Shown here: piece after piece, positions 62,901 to 64,000 of the stretch
Position numbering within the stretch: the first letter of the stretch is position 1
How the letters are laid out: each line of letters opens with the position of its first letter
From: Ylistrum balloti
Lineage: Eukaryota
Length of the DNA stretch: 64,000 bases
Assembly: GCF_031769215.1 (NCBI RefSeq)
Contig: NW_026782182.1
Location: 186,001 to 250,000 of the forward strand
Direction of reading: 5' to 3'
The notes under the pieces: model-generated
The model's input: the letters and a program-made list of their open reading frames with translations, nothing else
What the model was told of the DNA's origin: nothing
The model's database searches: none
Made by a program: the position numbers and the translations under genes

Positions 62901-64000
62901 CTGAGATGCAGAAATATCAGCTTCTGACCTCTTGGTATAGAGATGCAATGGTAAACACTTCAGCATCACTTTATATACAGAACTGATTCTGTGTTGCACT
63001 GTAGTAATTGTTAATGTACTGAAATTGACACAATCAAATTTAGTGCATTTTTTTTATAAATTAGTGCATCCACAATACTTCTTATGTAAACATCATACAG
63101 AAATTGCAATTTTATTTTAGTGCCATATTTTCAGCTCCAAAAGTTCTTAAATAAGATGGAAATTAAAGCATCTGAGTTTATATTATTATATCTAGTACTA
63201 AGTACTCCCAAATTACAGCTATGTAATGGTCCCCGGGTAAACTTAAGAGGTTTCACAATCCCATGGTAATTAAAACTAATTTAATAACCCTTAATGAAGC
63301 TATGTTAATTATTGTTTTATAAAGGTACAATATCTTCATGAAGTTGGGAATTTTGAATTATATCTTTGTCAGATAGTATTTTATTTAATTGAATGTGTGT
63401 TGATGATGCGTGATTTCTTGGTTAGGTCGGAGATCGTTTGATCTGTTCTTAATTAGCAGATAGTTGTCTAATGATTTAATAATTATCTCTAAGGAAAATC
63501 AACAACGTGAAGCAGGTTACCAGGACCAGAACGCTCAGACATTACACAGTTTGGACGACACGTTAGTTTCACGTGACACACTACAAGACCTGCATCAACA
63601 AATGGATTCACTCCAGCGACATCTGCAGGAGACTCAGGACACTAATGCAGAGCTTCAGCACAAACTTCTGCAACAACGACACAACAACTCAGACTTTTTA
63701 AACCAACAACTCCAAGACAGTCACACCAAGATAGCTGCCCTTGAGGAAAAGGTTGCATCCTTCCAGAATTCATCTGTTCATGAAATATTGGAGTCACAAA
63801 AATCTGAGATCACAATGTTGAAGAAAAGATTCTCAGATACACAGAACTCTTGTACTCAGCTAAACTACTGGCTGGAGGAGTTAAGTACGTTTCTCACTGA
63901 ACTGGTGTATGTGGATCAGGATGGAGATTGCAACCAGGTTCGGGGAATGAAACACAAGGTTGATTTGTCAAAGACAATTGTACGCAACATGTCTACATGT
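5848..64000 (+). CDS. CDK5RAP2: CDK5RAP2 / myomegalin (PDE4DIP) / centrosomin family gene; 31 coding exons in the window, 1609 codons visible, continues past the window end
   Basis: All 30 introns are GT-AG and exon phases join into one uninterrupted frame (summed exon length 4827 nt). The CM1 motif RARTMKEYDQQIAVLKKENFSLKLRIYFLEE is followed by extended coiled coil. CDK5RAP2 versus PDE4DIP cannot be resolved here; this is probably the single pre-duplication orthologue. Confidence 0.92.
6929..7155. repeat. Diverged tandem duplication, two copies of about 114 bp
   Basis: aagttcttcagtacaaattcc...aagtcatcact starts at 6929 and again at 7043. Confidence 0.9.
7668..7839. mobile_element. 172-bp MITE with 10-bp TIR CAGGGCTCTC...GAGAGCCCTG
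   Basis: Perfect TIR; internal TTAGAATTGGG-type repeats; both flanks read GATAA. Confidence 0.7.
8275..8573 (+). mobile_element. Degenerate tRNA-derived SINE
   Basis: A-box-like TAGCTCAGAGC (8285), B-box-like GGTTCGAC (8329), conserved SINE core segment TGTGTCCTTGGGCAAGACACTT (about 8409-8430), CA/A-rich tail. Confidence 0.7.
12721..12879. mobile_element. Right end of a Tc1/mariner-superfamily (pogo/Tc2-like) MITE with an internal ~70-bp duplication
   Basis: GCGGCTTATA...GTTTATAGCCCGGAAAATATGG+TA resembles the CCGTATTTTCCGGACTATAAG TIR class. cttatatgtgggtcaaataaaaa...gcggcttatactctggtg occurs twice. The left TIR was not found with confidence. Confidence 0.5.
15383..15720. repeat. 45-bp CA/CT-rich minisatellite, about 7 copies
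   Basis: ctcacaactctcaaacacacacacatgtactgtctctcctctcca repeated; explains the overlapping ORFs at 15276-15861. Confidence 0.95.
16699..17302. mobile_element. Probable non-autonomous DNA transposon (hAT-like) with GGACRAGT subterminal motifs
   Basis: Repeated ggacaagt/ggacaact/ggacgagt/ggacgagc/ggacgaat motifs cluster near both ends; terminal inverted similarity is weak (ctgg...ccag). Confidence 0.35.
17496..19771. repeat. 39-bp satellite array, about 58 copies (GGTCAATATCATGATTGGATATCCTGTTGTTTTGGCAGT)
   Basis: 2276 bp / 39; head-to-tail with no spacers. Confidence 0.98.
21680..22308 (+). mobile_element. Helentron-associated non-autonomous element (HINE/DINE-1-like), family A
   Basis: T-rich start; 5' hairpin tagcctaccatc..gatgatgggcta; degenerate GTCC microsatellite; CAAGATGG/CCATCTTGG cores; 3' subTIR gtggtgggc followed by hairpin agatccctctgggatct and TGTT. 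Confidence 0.75.
22793..22863 (+). CDS. CDK5RAP2: exon 2 (VNPDLLTEVTFGSHLEYPDGSVP)
   Basis: tttttcag| acceptor, |gtaagt donor; supplies the phase 2-to-1 bridge needed between exons 1 and 3. Confidence 0.8.
23053..23168. repeat. Tandem duplication of about 63 bp
   Basis: gatatagatt(a/t)tattcct(a/t)aaataggcctcaa(t/a)ctcactctcacaggaa occurs twice. Confidence 0.9.
24028..24095 (+). CDS. CDK5RAP2: exon 3 (VAKTSNGRMSPVRARTMKEYDQ; start of CM1)
   Basis: ttacag| and |gtacat; SP.RAR.MK is the CM1 entry motif. Confidence 0.92.
24178..24480. repeat. Compound minisatellite of two alternating ~30-bp subunits
   Basis: gaactttgtgttcagagacttgacacacatt alternates with aattttgtgtctggacrctcatcacagacat. Confidence 0.9.
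24711..24818 (+). CDS. CDK5RAP2: exon 4 (QIAVLKKENFSLKLRIYFLEERMQQKFGDGEDVFKT; CM1 core)
   Basis: ttcacag| and |gtaggt; KENF.LKLRIYFLEE is diagnostic of CM1. Confidence 0.96.
25356..26004. repeat. 54-bp minisatellite, 12 copies
   Basis: aattctttatgtagaggtttaattctattactggtgtgtacatatgtacttgac; contains the palindrome GTACATATGTAC. Confidence 0.97.
26270..26346 (+). CDS. CDK5RAP2: exon 5 (NIELKVECESLKRELADKHNLLKKA)
   Basis: ttttacag| and |gtaggt; NIELKVE.ESLKREL is the conserved CM1 tail. Confidence 0.94.
27003..27126 (+). CDS. CDK5RAP2: exon 6 (NAMENLSSNHQSEMTK...DSAQK)
   Basis: catttttag| and |gttggt; phase 2 in, phase 0 out. Confidence 0.88.
27273..27398 (+). CDS. CDK5RAP2: exon 7 (ALDEAEEVLQDKEDK...EESVK)
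   Basis: ttcccaag| and |gtaacc; 42 codons of coiled coil. Confidence 0.88.
27858..27889 (+). CDS. CDK5RAP2: exon 8, 32-nt microexon (ELMQELKNKD)
   Basis: atttcag| and |gtgagt; required to supply phase 2 for exon 9. Confidence 0.85.
27929..28262. repeat. 42-bp minisatellite, about 8 copies, starting 40 bp after exon 8
   Basis: gtcctgtatcctgtttataaggacctagtctcctgataactg repeated. Confidence 0.95.
28552..28687 (+). CDS. CDK5RAP2: exon 9 (EIQHLTGTNLKNQ...GRRGRDLE)
   Basis: ttttccag| and |gtgaga; phase 2 in, phase 0 out. Confidence 0.87.
28655..29000. repeat. Degenerate ~55-bp tandem repeat derived from the exon 9 / intron 9 junction
   Basis: gagcttggcaggaggggtcgggatctggaggtgagaaacag recurs as gagcaggtggggtcaagatctaaaggtgagaaggacag and gagcttgttaggaggggttgggatctggaggagtgaaacag. 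Confidence 0.75.
31585..31680 (+). CDS. CDK5RAP2: exon 10 (DAVDDQNEAIRKMEE...DEMIG)
   Basis: attcag| and |gtgtgt; 32 codons. Confidence 0.85.
31910..31951 (+). CDS. CDK5RAP2: exon 11, 42 nt (KLEDLLKSVEASRK)
   Basis: atttcag| and |gtatgt; symmetric phase 0. Confidence 0.8.
32332..32578. repeat. 38-bp minisatellite, about 6.5 copies
   Basis: aacttctactgaactgttacggtgt(c/a)ataacaat(ag/gt)ac repeated. Confidence 0.96.
32817..32936 (+). CDS. CDK5RAP2: exon 12 (DTENALQ...IRDKTIKGLHTVITAKAKE)
   Basis: gtgtag| and |gtaagt; RDKTI.GL resembles the family motif. Confidence 0.9.
33455..33627. mobile_element. 173-bp MITE with TIR CCAGGGCTTT...AAAGCCCTGG
   Basis: Perfect 10-bp TIR of the same CAGGG class and nearly the same length as 7668-7839; no clear TSD. 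Confidence 0.6.
33767..33859 (+). CDS. CDK5RAP2: exon 13 (MEGLVEKLRARDEEMKK...QRQK)
   Basis: gtttag| and |gtaaga; 31 codons. Confidence 0.87.
34445..35077 (+). mobile_element. Degenerate Helentron-associated element (HINE), family B
   Basis: Internal GACCTTGACC..CAAGGTCAC core; 3' end CAGGTGAGCAATACAGACCCATTAGGCCTCTTGTT. The 5' boundary is approximate. Confidence 0.65.
36533..37040 (+). mobile_element. Truncated HINE of family A (same head as 21680)
   Basis: ttttaagcccaccatc..atcatcagat..ctattcaaatcactct head and aaaatggctgactggcaaccatcttggattt core are shared with 21680-22308. Confidence 0.65.
37596..37688 (+). CDS. CDK5RAP2: exon 14 (ELDRQHEEINMLEQ...ENELE)
   Basis: gtattag| and |gtaatc; 31 codons. 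Confidence 0.85.
40998..41102 (+). CDS. CDK5RAP2: exon 15 (NLMRSLGRKEGELEGF...EDAVE)
   Basis: ttctctactcacag| and |gtaggc; 35 codons. See the finding on its in-frame upstream ATG. Confidence 0.88.
41279..42071 (+). mobile_element. Near-complete Helentron-associated element (HINE), family C
   Basis: 5' hairpin TAGGTCACC (41282) / GGTGACCTA (41302); 3' subTIR CTCAGGTGAC (42037); terminal hairpin AGGCCCATGGGCCT; ends CTTGTT in T-rich context. Confidence 0.85.
42913..42993 (+). CDS. CDK5RAP2: exon 16 (VLQDQLKKDRVQSNPSSAHSSPVKHYK)
   Basis: ccacag| and |gtatgt; 27 codons. Confidence 0.85.
43197..44078. repeat. 50-bp minisatellite, about 17.6 copies
   Basis: ggatacttgtgacacgtgtcattcacagtaatctgtaggtatggtatgct; 18 palindromic cores, 15 with CACGTG and 3 with CATGTG. 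Confidence 0.98.
46720..47250. repeat. 36-bp minisatellite with degenerate edges, ending about 55 bp before exon 17
   Basis: agagtggtataccagacaggaccgccgttctgtact; palindrome TGGTATACCA in each unit. Confidence 0.95.
47306..47431 (+). CDS. CDK5RAP2: exon 17 (DMLDESQKLVNEKDNTIHQL...DTPQ)
   Basis: ttgaag| and |gtatta; 42 codons. Confidence 0.85.
48280..48820. mobile_element. Degenerate Helentron-like element with an internal ~120-bp duplication
   Basis: GGTTGCCATGGTAAC core; tgaccaa(g/a)tttgg...ccaaacatca...tttcattgtcatgacaac(c/t)atactgagg...aaatttaga is duplicated. Boundaries are approximate. Confidence 0.4.
49120..49188 (+). CDS. CDK5RAP2: exon 18 (EVASGEMMDKLTRQLKESDLALA)
   Basis: Strong donor |gtaagt. 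The acceptor gatgaag| is weak, so the 5' boundary is less certain. Confidence 0.72.
49326..49460. repeat. 26-bp minisatellite, about 5 copies
   Basis: atttgtcattaagtccatgtcta(c/t)at repeated. Confidence 0.93.
49750..49887 (+). CDS. CDK5RAP2: exon 19 (RALDEHTKVVTEKEKK...EDTID)
   Basis: ttccaccag| and |gtaggt; 46 codons. Confidence 0.88.
50030..50900. repeat. 38-bp minisatellite, about 22-23 copies with interspersed variant units
   Basis: agcttagcccacacttgtcccacatcctacccagtagt repeated; the variant gccttg..tgcattttatccagta recurs near 50035, 50441 and 50779. Confidence 0.95.
51555..51638 (+). CDS. CDK5RAP2: exon 20 (CLEKANKEKENS...EQALE)
   Basis: tttcattag| and |gtatac; 28 codons. Confidence 0.85.
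52969..53064 (+). CDS. CDK5RAP2: exon 21 (DAKQSYRQALAEKDSIIGRL...ALLK)
   Basis: tttcatag| and |gtaaac; 32 codons. Confidence 0.87.
53396..53479 (+). CDS. CDK5RAP2: exon 22 (ETMKRAPMTTDEVMDLKKTLQNKDRALQ)
   Basis: ttatctag| and |gtgagt; 28 codons. Confidence 0.87.
53915..54127 (+). CDS. CDK5RAP2: exon 23 (DMIDEKDKTL...RRKQNELQ)
   Basis: gattaag| and |gtatat; 71 codons of coiled coil. Confidence 0.88.
54277..55356 (+). mobile_element. Decayed, internally deleted mariner transposon (irritans/Bytmar-like)
   Basis: TA-flanked 28-bp ITRs (54277-54304; 55329-55356; 22/28 match). Transposase remnants W.AEFKRGRRSL.DD..PGRPVT, FWDA, GQTINGTYY, LFHQYNAPVHKSA, GDYVEI*. Contains stops and frameshifts, and lacks the TGDETW and YSPDLAPSD motifs. 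Confidence 0.92.
55671..55766 (+). CDS. CDK5RAP2: exon 24 (SADSQASWSHQQSQDVLDKL...DKTVS)
   Basis: ttttatccag| and |gtgagt; 32 codons. Confidence 0.85.
56241..56313 (+). CDS. CDK5RAP2: exon 25 (TLLDSVQEKDKLNGQLRQDLQSKD, ends phase 1)
   Basis: cttttcag| and |gtgaga; phase matches exon 26. Confidence 0.87.
56703..56860 (+). CDS. CDK5RAP2: exon 26 (LVDKLQVLLRQ...EDLREQI)
   Basis: cccacag| and |gtatgt; phase 1 in, phase 0 out. Confidence 0.88.
57022..57195 (+). CDS. CDK5RAP2: exon 27 (QELKKKFDSVPKGDREYHTLEKEIYYLK...AAGQQ)
   Basis: ttgcag|cag tandem acceptor (57022 or 57025) and |gtaaga donor. Confidence 0.86.
57353..57465 (+). CDS. CDK5RAP2: exon 28 (DLLQETLEAQLEEL...DKSQE, ends phase 2)
   Basis: ttatcag| and AG|gtaagc. 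Confidence 0.87.
57456..57775. repeat. Degenerate tandem repeat derived from the exon 28 donor site
   Basis: GAG|GTAAG recurs with GT at 57466 (real donor), 57520, 57574 and 57697, with decayed copies between. Confidence 0.75.
58064..58437. repeat. 21-bp minisatellite (about 14 copies) bracketed by a 39-bp direct repeat
   Basis: catatactgctgtatagtcat units; ctgatcaaacaatacacctaccatt(t/c)acaacttatcata at 58064-58102 and 58399-58437. Confidence 0.95.
58514..58621. mobile_element. Long hairpin typical of Crypton-type non-autonomous elements
   Basis: Arms 58514-58550 and 58585-58621 pair at 34 of 37 positions (acagttatttactggggttgagggcaacagatgatct). The Crypton assignment rests on remembered family consensus, not a search. 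Confidence 0.6.
58950..59620 (-). pseudogene. Possible heavily decayed tyrosine-recombinase (Crypton-like) coding remnant
   Basis: Minus-strand ERPLTDIFSLFLPKFNPIQSQRFQH (59292-59366) resembles the Crypton CPV..F..YL.KLNP....FQRP block, followed by LSIMM and TGH fragments in shifting frames; many stops. Confidence 0.3.
61000..61133 (+). CDS. CDK5RAP2: exon 29 (DHSHSVDEELAAVRTLRRELEDGVQHN...IPTK)
   Basis: tcaacag| and |gtataa; phase 2 in, phase 1 out. Confidence 0.87.
61514..62844 (+). CDS. CDK5RAP2: exon 30, 1331 nt (coiled coil plus Ser/basic-rich region with SQIP and SKIP)
   Basis: ttcatcag| and AAG|gtaatt; matches track ORF 61531-62889; phase 1 in. Confidence 0.92.
63494..64000 (+). CDS. 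CDK5RAP2: exon 31, open to the window end (ENQQREAGY...QLNYWLEELSTFL...RNMSTC)
   Basis: ctctaag| acceptor; 169 stop-free codons with coiled-coil composition. Absent from the ORF track because no stop is reached. Confidence 0.88.

Noticed and set aside
61829-62999. Antisense ORFs over exon 30
   Set aside because: Expected shadow frames of a long coding exon; no independent signals.

Overview
This is AT-rich animal genomic DNA. The repeat families suggest a bivalve mollusc, but that is an inference. Two + strand genes are present. (1) The last coding exon of a PIP5KL1-like phosphatidylinositol-phosphate kinase (696-1188). (2) A CDK5RAP2/myomegalin/centrosomin-family gene that I assembled by hand into 31 frame-consistent GT-AG exons (5848 to the window end; 4827 nt, 1609 codons, 3'-incomplete). 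It carries the CM1 gamma-tubulin-complex-binding motif, long coiled coils and two SxIP EB1-binding motifs. Its introns hold more than a dozen unrelated minisatellites, several Helentron-type non-autonomous elements, a decayed mariner, a SINE, MITEs and a probable Crypton remnant. Almost all long ORFs in the supplied track are artefacts of repeats whose unit length is a multiple of 3. I see no rRNA, tRNA gene, CRISPR array or prokaryotic system, and I cannot support a wholly new biological system. The best leads are a candidate internal CM1-less start exon (40914), a chain of ATGA-overlapping uORFs at the CDK5RAP2 start, and tandem duplications seeded on exon-intron junctions that create decoy splice donors.
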